NCBI GenBank assembly: GCA_964658305.1
Contig: OZ210885.1
Span: 10,168,001 to 10,232,000, forward strand
DNA from: Leptogorgia sarmentosa
Lineage: Eukaryota
Length of the DNA stretch: 64,000 bases
Direction of reading: 5' to 3'
A program made the translations under genes and the position numbers. Positions 13,101 through 28,100 of the stretch are shown piece after piece (position 1 is the first letter of the stretch; every line of letters begins with the position of its first letter). Below the pieces are notes generated by a model that saw only the letters and a list, made by a program, of their open reading frames with translations, had not been told where the DNA came from and ran no database searches.

Positions 13101-16100
13101 GAAGACGTGATAATGCTTAGCTCAAGATTGCGTGAATGACAGAAAAGTCTGATGATAGTTACAGTTTGATAAAATTTAAAAAAATATATATTGGTGCAGA
13201 GTGGCGTGGCCAGCGAAAAATGTTTGGTCCTGCTTCGAGAGCCAAAGGCGCGAGAACTGAAGGGGGGTCTGGGGGTTTCTCCCCCGGAAAATTTTGAAAA
13301 CTAGAACCTCGGAAATGCTATTTGCTGCGATGTTGGGACTGACTTATAACAACCAGTTTCACTGAAATAAGGGTTATAATTTTGGCAAATTTAACACAAA
13401 ACTAGACAAAAAATGTGATAGACCAAGATTTGACATGAAATCCGTTTGTTATTTCCGTTGAATATTAGCTCAGATAGGCATAGGCGTACGGGACCAAGTT
13501 ATTTTGGGGGGGCTGGGCAGTTTGCCCAAAAAATATTCCAAACATCTCTAAATCCCCTTTCCTCCCCCCCCGCTCAACAAATATTTTTTGGAGATTAGTA
13601 CGTGTGGAAACAGCTGTTATGCCATGAAAAATTTTAGTTATGTTCAATTTTCTTGAACATATTTGACGAAAAACCGGAATATTTTAATATATTGCCCGAA
13701 AAACCTAAATATATTGCCCAAAAATCGAAATATATTGCCCAAAAATTGTCCATTTAATCCAAGCTGGGGGCTGCAGCCCCCGCAGCGCCCCCGCCTCGTA
13801 CGCCTATGCAGATAGGTCTTATGACTTGATTACCACGTACAGACATAAACACTGTAATAACTGGGCCCTGTGCAATGCAGACGCAGTCGTATTAAATGTT
13901 TATTTCAAAATAATATGTACTGTAGTTGTTGTTGGCTGTGCATTGAAACCTTGTGCTTATCATGCTATTATTGTTACGTCTATTGACATCTCACCTTGAA
14001 GCATCAAGTCTTGATTTAGTAAAATGCTCTATACCATCTGCCGAGACATTATGAATATCACATAAAATATACAGCCTATACGTGTCTTTAAACGGACAAA
14101 AACTACACGTGTCTGTAGTCACGCTGAAAGCTGGTTGCGTAGTTGTTATTTAGTCGCACCACAACAGCCACAGTAAAACACGTGAAATCACGCAGAAAGC
14201 TTGCTTTATAAATAATACATTTTTGGCAGTCCTGCCTTCGCGAGAGAGCAGGACCTCGTCGTTGTAAACAGCCGTCCTGAGCATATGCGCAGGCCAAAAT
14301 ACCCAATCAGAAACCAAAATTTTTTTGTATTAAATAGTATTGCAACTCCTGCCTTCAAAAAATAGCAGGAGTGAAACACGAGTCGCGTGTATATGTAAAT
14401 CAATGATTATCCGGAATTTGACGCTTGTAGAGTCGCAGTTGCTAGGTAACAGACATCAAATTGCGTAAATCTTTTAGTAAGCGGGATTCTTTGCTTAAAT
14501 TGTTTTAAAAAATAATGAAAAATGACCAGAATTTCTACGAGAGAAAGGAAAAGAAAAAAGGAATAATTTAAGGTTTGTTGGAAAATGATTTGTCCATTTT
14601 ATGGAAATCTTTTAGTCCTGCTGAGCTCAGCAGAACCAGCAGGACCGCTAGTTACGCCACTGTTGGTGCAGTGTAAAATAAACCACTGTATACACACGTC
14701 ATATTTCGCGCAAATAAGTAAGTATTAATAATATTACGCCATCCAAATCTCATTTCGTTACACGGATAATTATACAAATTTTTTAGACCTGCAGCCCACT
14801 TCCCCGGTTTTTGAGAAAAGTTTCAGTTTTGGAAGCAGAAAAATTGAATTATAGCGTATATATTATGACTATATTTTAAACATATTCATACATGCCTTTT
14901 TAGCTAAACAAAAGCTTTGATCTTGGTTATTCATTGAAATGAGAATATAGTTAATGTGTAGTTGATATGGGTGAGGGAACAAAGGTTTACACTCAAAGTA
15001 ATTGATAATTCATTAGAAAATTAGCCAATGATGTACGGTAGTCGTCGTCATATGATGATATTTGAAATTTAGATACTTGAAGAGACATGTTCATCCATCC
15101 AGATTTACGCTGGGATAAAAATTAATTCAGTCATTTCTTGAACAGGATCAATGTTTACTGGGTAAAAAATAAAAAAAATCTCACAAATGGCTGGAGGGAA
15201 TGCTTTTGTCTGCAACATATTAATCAAACTATAAAAACCAATTCGGACAGAGTGACAAATTATTTCTTCTAAACAATAAAACATACAATTATTAAGAAAT
15301 CGTGTGCATAAATGATATCTGCCAATTTTAAAATGTGAAAGTTCAGTAATTACAAATACAAGTAGGACAACATTTCTGTGCAATCATTGGTGTTCACTGT
15401 ATAGAACATTTCCTGTTTATGGCCTCATGCATGCTTTCCAATTATCTACTTTCTGTTCCACCACCAACATCAGCCACTAAATTTTAAACACTAGTAAATA
15501 TATTATAAGTTTCAGTAAACTGTTCGGCATTGACCGTTACTCTACCACTTTAGTTATCGAGGCAACAGGGACCGATAGCGAGTCTTACCCAAGCGTTCAA
15601 GTTGGCTCGATACCTATATCTATGGACTTGCACAACAAAGATGAGGGCATACATTTATGAAATCCCAAGAAGTAACGATTGAAAACACACGCCTGTTAAA
15701 CACGCCACAGTAAATTCCGGTTATTTTGTTTTTAGTATTAAAGATCGTTTCGGTGTTTGTCTATCGCTTACATTGCTGTTTAAGTTGCTCTAGCTACGTA
15801 ATAGTAAAAATGAAACAAAGCGGTGTAAGCAGAGTGTAGCTGATGGGTTAGTTAATGTAGTTACTTGTCTCAATCATTTATTTTATCGCCACAATGTTTT
15901 GAAAAATACTCCCAATGTAGTAACGATGTGAGTGAAAATGATCTATTAAACCCTTTTATATACGTGCTATCTTATTTTATAAACAGTGAGAGAAGTTCAA
16001 CAACTACTGGGACATTCTGGAGTAGTTAGCTGTTTGGCTGTGTCACAAAGTGGAACAATACTAGCGTCAGGGTCGTTGGACGGAAGTACAATCCTTTGGA

Positions 16101-19100
16101 GAATGGACAGTTATGAACAGCTTTTTGTGTTCCAAGGGAAGAGCAGAGTTGATGCCCTGGATTTCAGTGCAGATGATCAGCGAGTGTTTATTGGAACAAA
16201 AGACGGTAAGCATCTTAAACACAAGCCAAACAAGGACATTAAAATGTTGTTCAGAATCGGTAAAAGAAAATCTGCGTAAACGTTTTCTCGACTTCCATCT
16301 GCTTAAAATTCAGTATTAAAGTGCGCGAGTTTCGATAAGAGATATGATTTTGCTTCTGAAGGAACGCCAGCAACGATGCCATTAGAGAAAAAATTAAATC
16401 CTTTTCATACTATGTTTGTCAAATAACTCCGCAAATGGTCATGTACTTTCGGAAATATGTTACCCCGCCGGTACCAAATTCAATGTTGGAATATCTGTTA
16501 TTAAATTAAAATAATTATTTTATCTTGAAATGAAAATACTTGACTCACAAAATGTTTGTTTTACGTTGCAAATTCAATGGCGTAAATCTTCAGTGTCGGC
16601 ACTCTGTGGATGGCCTCTTTATTATACCTCTTAGCTTCACATTTTTACTATCATAATGCTAAATATTCTCCTGAATTCTGCATATTATTTGCATTTGAAT
16701 TCTGCTATTTCTTACAGAACATATTATAGCTATTTAACATCTCTACTGCATCAAAAAACATCCGTAAAAAGAAGCACACTAAAATAATTTCCTATAAAGC
16801 AGGAACAATGACAACAGTAAAAGTTCGACTGTAATATACAACAATTAATATACTGTCAACGTCCAAGCACATTTTAAAAGGCAACAAAATTGTTTCAGCT
16901 ACTTTCAGCTATCAAACATTTTGTTAACTTCGAACTTTTTTGCATCTTCAGTTTCAATAAAAATTATTTGAATTTCACATTAGCCACGGCCCTGAAGAAA
17001 CCTCTTCCCAGGGCCCCCGGCCAGGTTGGGCCCCTAGTAGTTACCCCACTGTGTACATCGCTATTTACTAAAAAAATTGTCTTCACATTTTAATACAAGA
17101 ACGTTTATGAAGCGGATTGATGCATATCGTTTCAGTTCTTGGGTTTAACGTAACGTTCCATATTTGAGTAGGAGTACACTCTAAATAGCGACGCAGTCAT
17201 CACAGTGAGTTAAATATTCACTGTATGTATTCAACTTGTGCTTCGTAGCGAATATGTGAAATTCAGAAGCATTTAGTCAGATTCGTGCAGCATAATCTTA
17301 ATACATTTTAGAGAAAAATGTACTACTTACGAAAAGTACTCTTTCTCTCCAACACCATATTAATTTAGGTCGAATTCGCCCTATGACTATAATTGGCTGG
17401 GGGGAGGGCGAAATTCCTGGGACACCTGTCGTGTTTTTTATGTCGTGTGCGAATAAACCAGAAGTGAGTTTATCCAAGACTGAAAAACATACGAATAGCG
17501 CACCCTACGTAATCAAAGGCATGTTTTCCACATGTTTCAGACTATTGCGCAACCTGATTTATCCTGTTTTAGTAAATGCCGTGCGCGTGCGGAAATTTTT
17601 GACAATTGCAAAAAAGCTGGTAGAAATGTTTTTATATGTGCAAATAACACGAACATAACACAGGTTTGATGAATATGCTGCTTCAGGGAGAAATAAGAAC
17701 ATGGATTTCAACATATTGGACACTGTTTTTCTCAGATTGATGCTAATGCCTTACGTTTCCGACGATCAATCTTTATTTTTTTTGTGTTGTGTTTTAACTA
17801 ACATGCGACACACCGTTCGAAAGATCATTTTATTAGGATTTCAATGGTGTTTGTCTTTATTTCGTGCGGTATATACTCAATGAAAAAAAAAGCATTAAAA
17901 ATTTGTATTTCAATTTTCGGAAACTGGTTAGAGAGAAAGAGAGCTCGTTCTTAATCCGTCGTACATTTCAACCATTTTATCTGAATTCGTACCTGTAACC
18001 TGTTGTACATAATCGACTACATTTGAAAACAAAGTATATTTTCATTATTTTGAACGAAGCCCAACTGCCATACATGGCCCTTGCTTCACGGATGTAACTT
18101 TCACGATCTGTAACCAAGTTTTACTAACAGTACCGCTGGTATGGATGACCTGTACAATGCATAAAATTTGACAACAATGTAGCTATGGTAGAGGGTGGGT
18201 TTATAAAATTTAGAAACGGCATCGTATCGTGTGATTGGACCATGTTGACTAATTCTTTTTGTGTTTGATGCCAGGAACAGCAGTTTTACAACGTAGCTGT
18301 AGTAAAATGATTTCCTGGGAAAACCAGATACGTCTGTTTTAGTAGCACCTCTCAACCTTCGCCAAAAGTACAAATTGTTCATATTTAAACAATAATTGCA
18401 ATTTGCAACAGCTGGTTTGAGGATTCCAGCGACTGCGTATCTTCAAACCAGCGGTTAACTGTAAACGTCGTGTAGAGCGCAGTGAAACGCAGTGTAAAAA
18501 CATAAGCCAGCAACAGCCAGAGCATGTTCAGCGCCGGAGAGGGACACAATTAAAAACAAGATTTCACAAAATCGTCTAGGGTTAGACATTATTGAAACAT
18601 CAGTCTGACGAGTATCCATCATGCGTTGTAGGGCTGAAAGTGTATTGTGTATCTACCGGAGAAAACCTCTCAACAAGTATTCCTGGGAGAGTCACGTCGC
18701 TGTGTACGACCAAAGATGGACAGTTCATTGCTACTGCTGGATATCCTGACAAGACTATCAAGTTGTTGAAAGCCGATACACTAAATTTCGAGGCCAGTTT
18801 GGTTGGCCATACAGATTGGGTGAGATGTGTTGTCGCAACAGGTATGCAATACTGTATGAGTTAATATTTCATAACATTTTGAAGATCTTACTTCAATAGA
18901 GTCTCTTCAGAATTATATTTGTAAATTTATTTGTTCTTTCGGATAAAACATATTCTTTACTATAAACTTCGTTAATGGTTCAATAAAGCAATGATTAATC
19001 AATTGGAGGGGAATATCATGTTTTGGAATAAATTTTCCCAATTATTGCACAAAAATACGTACCTGCTTGCAACAGCATTCTAATATTGTAATGAAAAATT

Positions 19101-22100
19101 ATGCCTAGAAAGAAAGCAAAGTCTTTCCTTAATTGTTAGTATGGTGGTAACCATTGCTTTCATGTACAAGCACTATATTAGGACTTTCTGATTTCTTTCA
19201 AATTTTTAGGCTGGTTGTATTTGTATATGCTAAGAGTATTTTAAAATGGCTATTAGATTTATCTATGCTAGCTTTCTAAAAATACTTTGAGACAATTTGC
19301 TTGTGTGTATATTTCAACTGATTACCCTGTGTCCCAGACCTTAATGTATAAATTGTAATACTGTACTAGTAGATTCAAAAGACTTGGCATTTAGGCCGGG
19401 TATTGTATATTTTATTAGCGTTTGGACCTCTTAAGTAATAATAGTGTGCTGCAAAAGTAGAAGCAGGCTATGAAACAAGGGCATACGAATCAAGTTGTAG
19501 TTTGGGGGGGGGGGGGGGGGGGGGAGACACAGGGAGAACAGAATCCAAATCTTTATTATTAAACGTTGCAACTTTCGATAACTTAGAAACAAGAAGACAT
19601 GATATTTTTGGTTGGGAAAACTTATTACTGTATTTGCAACTTGCAATCAGCAAGGCGGCATTTTGAAAAAAAAAAACATATAAAAGCTAGTGAATGATGG
19701 AATCCTACAAAATATCTCAGTACATTTGGGCAAATTTTCATGTCTATCAGAAAGCTGTACAAATTCTAGGGATGAAAGAAGGGCACTTTCTTTTTTAAGA
19801 GGACACTTTTTCTTATAACCGTGAAAGTTAGGGGGGGCTCCTTCCAAGTGCCCCACCATCCTACGCCACTGCTCTGAAATGCATTTCATAGGGATATTGT
19901 ATATCGACCAAGAACAATTCTAGCCGTTTCACATGTATCTAATTAATGCACACGTATCGAATTGAACTACAATATATAATAGAATTCAATTACCGGAGAA
20001 TGAATTGAATTACAAGCTGACAACAGAATATGACAGCATTTTATACCATTTGTTTTTGACTTATGAAATCATATAGATAAAGTATCAAATGGAAGCCAAC
20101 ATGAATGTTGTTTGTAAAGTAATATTGTTTTAGATATACTGTCCATTGCCAAGCTATATAGCCAGGTGTCGTTTGACTTATCTTGTCCATCTTGACCTCA
20201 GACCCTTTTATTCCAACAGACAAAATTGATATAGTTAGACCTGTTTTATAATTGTTGTGACAAACATTGTGCTGTACTGTTAGAACTTGGTAGGTTAGTT
20301 GCTTGAATAAATGTGATAATAATTGAATTTAATCAGTCAATTATCACAGCTACTCATTGACATGAAAGAGCAGTTAGGCAACAGTTAAGAGCAGTTAAAC
20401 ACAGTTATGTTCCCAAACATAAGTATGAATACATGTGCAAACTAATAATGATGTAATGCAGAAATGAAGATTTCCCATTGCGGTATGTGCTACAGTGTAC
20501 GTACTGTTCAGAACTGTTACACTCTGGTTTTGAGTAATTGCAACGACGCAGAGTTCTTACGATCTTTCATTAGACTTTTCCGTAACTTTATGTACAGTAC
20601 ATAGGTATGGATATAGGTAGAAATAGCAATTATAAATTTAGGTACTCGAATATTTCCTCAGGAAAAAACTTTTTAGACTTTTCAGAAGTTAAACTTAGTT
20701 TTAACACTTATATTATCAAAAATTAGGAAATAACTTCAACAAACATTTAGAACTTTGTGGCCCAAATTAAACGTTGATTACGACTGCGTATTTCCTATTT
20801 ATTTTTAATAAACGAGAAGGAAGTTTGTTTGTATAAAATCCAATTGAACACGTATGTATTGCGAAATTTACTATTCGATCAGCTTCAGCTTTTAGCCCCT
20901 TGGGGGATATTTATGTTTTCCTGCTTTCAGGTGGGCGCTTATCTGAAGAGGGGACTAAGCAGATGGTGGGGGCTTAGTAAATTTTCACTCAAATCTGGTA
21001 CAGTAAATATACTAATTCACACAACACATCCAGAATATCAATTAACCTCATTACGCGTTCATATTTAAAAAAAAAAAGCAACGAATGTTTTTTTTCATAA
21101 ATGTTTTACTTGATTCTCAGCCGAATTGAACCAAAATGTTATCATCTCTTCCTTGTGCAATGGCAAACAATTGTGCAAGATGTTCGATATTTCTCAAGTT
21201 ATCGTGTTCACAGACCAACACACACACACGCATACACACACGCACACCAAGATGATTACATAACCTCCTTGCGGAGGTAATGAGCTTTAACATAATATGC
21301 AAAACTAACTAGAAGAATGATGTTACTTTGCACTATTTATTCGTGATCATGACTGTTGTACGCGCCAGACGGTTCGGCCATATTTTGAGTATTTCAAGTT
21401 TATCCTGACACATTGGAATTTCTTTTTTGCGCAAATTTGTCTTCAATATCCTCATGGCTAGAAATATGCGACATGCAGTATTACGCAATGGGCGTTCGGA
21501 CTTTCAAAATGCTCGGAAATTTATAGTATGCAGCAACGCAAAATAGTATGTTTTCTTACATGCGAAGTATAAACATGGTAAATCGACTTGTAGCGAATCG
21601 AAAAAGCAAAATATTGTGATATTTAGAAGCCGATAAACCTTGTCCCCGAGCGATTCAAACGTATATTCATGGATTGTAGCGTATTAGCCGCCATTAATCA
21701 TCAATTCTTATATACTTCACTGAAAAAGAGCGGTGTTTTAGGATACATGAAATACAAATTCCAACATGCGAAGCTTGATTTGTCAAGATGGGGTTTCGGC
21801 GGCTTCAACTAATATAAAACCTATAAAAGGTTACGTATCTTTCCCTTGTCCAGCTTTACGTTTATGTTCCATAGTTATGGATATTTCAAGCAAAGCGAAG
21901 CACTTTGCCGAACATAAACGTAAAGCTGGACAAGGGAAAGATACGTAACCTTTTATAGGTTTTATATTAGTTGAAGCCGCCGAAACCCCATCTTGACAAA
22001 TCAAGCTTCGCATGTTGGAATTTGTATTTCATGTATCCTAAAACACCGCTCTCTTTCAGTGAAGTATATAAGAATTGATGATTAATGGCGGCTAATACGC

Positions 22101-25100
22101 TACAATCCATGGATACGTTTGAATCGCTCGGGGACAAGGTTTATCGACTTCTAAATATCACAATATTTTGCTTTTTCGATTCGCCACAAGTCGATTTACC
22201 ATGTTTATACTTCGCATGTAAGAAAATATACTATTTTGCGTTGCTGTATACTATAAATTTACGAGCATTTTGAAAGTCCGAATGCCCATTGCGTAATACT
22301 GCATGTCGCATATTTCTAGCCATGTAACGGTTTTAACAAAATCAACTTTCTGTATAGGGACGACTGCAAAATCCATTGCCTGGACTTGCAGAGTGCATTG
22401 TATGAAAATCTCTCCTGTCAACGATCGAGTTATTGAATATGTTAAATATGTATTTATTTGCACGAGGAGGGAATCGTTACAATGGTGCCTATGGTATTCC
22501 TACTGTCCGTTACGATCTTCCGTCTTCTTCTTCTTCTTAGCGTTGTTGTTTATTGTCGGTTTCTTCGTCGAGTTTGTCCTGTTTGAGTTTCGGTAGCCTT
22601 TTCATTTGCTACGCTTTTACTTCGGTCTACGTCCACTGACTCAAGTTGGGATGGGGAGTTCCTTTTATACTGACGGTCGAGGGGATCTCTGGGCACGTGA
22701 ACAGCGAGGTGGCACGATACTGAATCCACCAATCAGCGTTCATGTGCTGTACTATGAACCCTCGTTCCAGTTCTCCAATTCTGTTTGTTTAAGGTGTTGT
22801 CGCACTTCTCAAGTCAGTTTTACGCTCATTCTACCGATACTTAGACAGGTTAAGACTAACCTACTTTATTACTTACTAATAGCAAAATAGTTGAGGTGCA
22901 ACCTCTAGGCTTAGCTTCATAAGTTAACTTAATTTAGAAGGGAATTTAACGAACTGAGATTTTGATGACGTATTATTGTAATTACTCAATCGCGCGAATT
23001 ATCTTGAGGCGTGATTGATGGCAACCCAAAGCATACGCACAAGTTTCTATTTTCGCAATGTACACAGCCTGTTCAAACACCTCTGGCTTTTTTCCTCACA
23101 TTCCGGTCAAACTTTGACAGTATCCAAGATTGCTTATCTTCTTTATCCGCCTAATTGGAACCGTAGTTGACATTCTGCGTAGGTTCGAAACTTTATTATT
23201 TACTTTATCTGGATTTTGAAGCAAGAATGTCGCTTATCAGCTCCTCTTCGTGCGTAATGTTTATAGTTTACCTGCGAGACTTATCTTTAATGTTTACACA
23301 ATATTATGCACCTGGGTAACAAATATATTTAGGATATCATGTACTTTGCTTTCCCTTGTTTTTTTGTGCCAGTTCGACTAAAGTGCAAAGTTTCTCTTTT
23401 AGATTCAGGAAAAAACAATCCAATGCTTGTGTCTGCTTCAGACGATGAAACAATAAAAATTTGGGATTTAAAAACGTATCAGGAAATTCGTACCCTTGAC
23501 GTTCGATTTCGTGTTACCAGTATTGCTGTGAGCGGTGATAAAAAGTATATTATCTCTGGAGGCGATGAAGGAAGTGTGAGGTTGTGGTGTTTCCACACTG
23601 GAAAGTCCCTTTCCTGTTATGAAGGTCATTCCGCGGACATCAGGTGGGTTCACTCCAGGAACTATTTAATTTACCGCTATTTTCTCGAAAGCATCGTTAT
23701 ATGGCAAGGCAACAACGAAGACCCAATATATAACATTAAGCTTAAGGCGCTCCGTATTCTGTCTTATCAATTGTATACATTTAACACAATATTTCCCAGT
23801 CAGACTAAGACGTATACTGCTTCTTGAAATCGGTTTTTGATTACTTGAAAAGATAGCGAGCAACATGAAGTTAATTTTCAGTCATATAAGAATTTCTATT
23901 TATTTCACCATTATACTACATGGCTAGAAATATGCGACATGCAGTATTACGCAATGGGCATTCGGACTTTCAAAATGCTCGTAAATTTATAGTATGCAGC
24001 AACGCAAAATAGTATGTTTTCTTACATGCGAAGTATAAACATGGTAAATCGACTTGTAGCGAATCGAAAAAGCAAAATATTGTGATATTTAGAAGCCGAT
24101 AAACCTTGTCCCCGAGCGATTCAAACGTATCCATGGATTGTAGCGTATTGGCCGCAATTAATCATCAATTCTTATGTACTTCACTGAAAGAGAGCGGTGT
24201 TTTAGGATACATGAAATACAAATTCCAACATGCGAAGCTTGATTTGTCAAGATGGGGTTTCGGCGGCTTCAACTAATATAAAACCTATAAAAGGTTACGT
24301 ATCTTTCCCTTGTCCAGCTTTACGTTTATGTTCGATAGTTATGGATATTTCAAGCAAAGCGAAGCACTTTGCCGAACATAAACGTAAAGCTGGACAAGGG
24401 AAAGATACGTAACCTTTTATAGGTTTTATATTAGTTGAAGCCGCCGAAACCCCATCTTGACAAATCAAGCTTCGCATGTTGGAATTTGTATTTCATGTAT
24501 CCTAAAACACCGCTCTCTTTCAGTGAAGTATACAAGAATTGATGATTAATGGCGGCTAATACGCTGCAATCCATAGATACGTTTGAATCGCTCGGGGACA
24601 AGGTTTATCGGCTTCTAAATATCACAATATTTTGCTTTTTCGATTCGCTACAAGTCGATTTACCATGTTTATACTTCGCATGTAAGAAAACATACTATTT
24701 TGCGTTGCTGCATACTATAAATTTACGAGCATTTTGAAAGTCCGAATGCCCATTAATTGCGTAATACTGCATGTCGCATATTTCTAGCCATGAGTTGGCT
24801 CCCGGCTATAGTCGTGCTACATACTTTAAGCTTATTTGCAATGGACGACTTCCGCTTTAGAAAGATTTTAATGAGGGATAAACGAGGGACATTTTGTGAC
24901 GTTATCAAAATTAGAAAAACTAAATGTTTGCATGGTTGTGAAAAGTTGGATAATAAAAGGCCCATCGAAAAGAACTCACGATTGGGCGCTTGAAAATGCA
25001 TATTAGTGATTACCTTCTACCCGCGTTTGGGGAGAGACCAAATAAATCTTGTTGAAGTCTAGATTCCTTCATATATTTCATTTTTCCAAAAAGATCGTTG

Positions 25101-28100
25101 TCAGAATTCTGGCAAGTTATCGCAGGGGTGGGAGGGGGTGCAGTAGCCTGCCCGGCCCACTCGCCCGCTTCCGAGGTGTTGAATACGGAAAATGCTGAAT
25201 TGGTGCCCATTTGTATCACGGGCGCTGAAACTGATAATTAAATTTGTTACTAATTCACGCAAATACAAAAAGTATACAAATTTGTCAGCTTTTAAGGACT
25301 GACCTTTTGCGATTGAATTTTGCAGTATTACTAATTGGTGAAAGATTTTGTTCATCTTGCTCAGACTAAAATTTAGTCAGGAGCGTATGACATCTAATGC
25401 AACATTATTTTACCTGTTGTACATCTACGATTACTCTATCTTGTGTTGTTGCTTTCGTTGATATCAACAGTACTGAACTCCACAATATGTCTATATAGGG
25501 CTCCCATTGATAACAGCAATTTTTATTACTGACGGGACTACCCTGCGTAATTAATTGTTTTATCTATCTATCTATCTTCTTAATTGTTGTCGACTTAGTA
25601 ATAGAACGATTCTTGCTAAAGATAAAGTGACCATAGATGTAGTTTCCATTTGCAATAACATTTGATGAATAGGACATATTTCCCTGATCATTTGTGAATA
25701 AATTATACAGCATATTTTGATAATATTGGTTTGTTAAACAATCAATAGTCTGACAGAGATCGTCTTTGCCTTTTTTCGGTAGAAAAAATTATTATTAGAA
25801 ATAAACAATCAACTTGTAATATTTCAGCGGTCTTGCAATAATTCCCAATGCAAAGAAGGTATTGACGGCGTCAAGGGATGGAAGTATCAGGGTTTGGAAC
25901 CTGGGAACTGCTGCGTACATGGAACAAAACAATTTCTCTGATCATTCAAATGACGTCACAGATATTAAAATATCTCGTGATGAGTCTAGATGGGTTTCCG
26001 CATCTACAGATGGTACTTTCAAAGTTTGGAATCTTCACACACAGTGCTTTTCTGTCACAGGTATAGTTCAAATTGTCTATTTGCGCTAGCTTTCTTATAA
26101 ATAGGTTGCGGACGATCTCGTTTTCATTTCATTTCACTAAACTCATTTTCATTTTACTAAATTCATATGAACCGAATCTCAACCTTGTTAATTTTTGTGC
26201 TTCAAGTACTGCACCATGTTCAAAAACTACTATTTTTACGTAGAACAAATTTACCTGGAAATTCAAATCTTGGAGATACTCGTGTATAATAAGCAAATCG
26301 GAATAGTTAATGAGAAACGTTCTTATCTGCAACGCTCTGCACTGATATGAAGACAGAAAACCTGTGGTTAAGTACAGTTGAATGGATAGCAGGCTTTCGT
26401 AGATTAATTAGGCCTACGTTAATTTCCTTTTGATTTGTATGCCTAAGATAATTACATGTAAAGAAAAGAATTACTTTGGCCAAATTCTAAAACTAATTCT
26501 TATAACCAATCGTAATTACAAAATTTCAACTAGTTTCATGCAGAATGACGATATAAACCTCGTTGAAAACAAAACAATAAGTGCTAAGATATTTTATATT
26601 TTGATATTTCGCTCGTGTTGTGTCTGTCATTGTCGTCTCTGCGTGCTTCAAATATTCCATATCTCTACAATATTCCTTGTATTCATATAATAAACAAATT
26701 ACTTCATGCGCAGTTGGCTCGTTTGTTCAAATTTTATTATTTGCGAATCGTACACATCTCTATTTGCATCATTGACGAAAGGTTTTATGAGATTTGGGGA
26801 CTCTCTATGAGATACATAGAGATTGGCTACTTCACGGTTGGCGAGTGTATACAATTTTTATTTACCATTTGTGATGGATCGCTAAATACGATCTTAGCTC
26901 ATACGATCGTGAGCTTAGCGATCTCAACGAGTAAATAATAACGGTACAAACGAGCAACTGTGAAGTTATTTGTTTATTACAGCAGTATAAAGAAGACTGT
27001 AGAGATACGGAATATTTGATACTGACAGACAACAATGACAAACACAACGTAAGCAAAATATAAAATTTCTCACCACTTATTGCAACGGTGATTTTTTGCC
27101 TTGAACAGTGGATAGTTGCACGCTCATTTCTCTTCTGGTTTGAAATATGTCAATACGAAGTCCTGGAATAGATTTAATGTGAAGTTACAGGGTTCCACAT
27201 CAAGCGTATCACGGTTGTTGTGCAGTTTCAGCGTGCGTTTCCACTTTCCAGTCCATTCTTTTGATAGTCTATGGTCTAGTCCATTAGAATAGGGTTCAAT
27301 ATGCGACCACACTCCTAATATAAATTCCGAAGTGTTCAGCGGACACTAAATTAAGTGTAAATTTGCACAATTTTGGTGTGGCTAAATGGGTGAGAGGCCT
27401 ATATCGTGTTTTGCATTGATTAACTTCTTTGGAAATAAATACAAACCAGATTTTTTTATGAAATTTATATATATTTAAAATATTGACAAATGGTCCAGCA
27501 TGTGGGAACAATATTTAAGAAATAGATAACGAGTCGCGTGCCCTTATGCTGTTATAATGCACGAGGGCAATGTTGGGAGAATACGAGAGAATCGCGTAAA
27601 ACACGAGGCGTAGCCGAGTGTTTTACGCGATTCTCGAGTATTCTCACAACATTGCCCGAGTGCAATTACAACAGCATAATGGCACGCGACGAGTTTTTCT
27701 ATTTCTTTTATAATATAAGAGAATATTAGCGCAACAAAAAACTTCGTTAGGAAGATCAAAATTACAATTCTCTTTACATGTAATCAAGCGTGTTCTCAAA
27801 TGTTGCCAAGCAGCAACACAGCTTTTTTCTTTTAGCTGAGCGAAAGCAAACATTTCAAGCGTTTTTTATGGATGTATTTTTAGTATATATGTATTTTTAT
27901 TGTCTTTTTGTCAAACCAAAGAGTCGCGGGAGAAATTTAATAGCTAGATGCGTGCATTACGCTGTTATAATGCACGCTCATTAGCCAATCACGTTGCAGC
28001 TTTTACCCTACTTATATTATAATATATATTATTATATGGCCGACATAAATGGCGCACGCTGATTGGTTGATTAGCGGTCCGGAAAAAGTCATCTTGCCCG

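Noticed and set aside
22325..23918. Inversion of the segment between the two palindromes
   Set aside because: The enclosed exon is in the correct orientation and phase, and swapping flanks does not reveal TSDs.
21766..24737. Identical short ORFs on both strands (MRSLICQDG..., MAANTLQS...)
   Set aside because: By-products of the palindromic repeats; no recognisable protein features.
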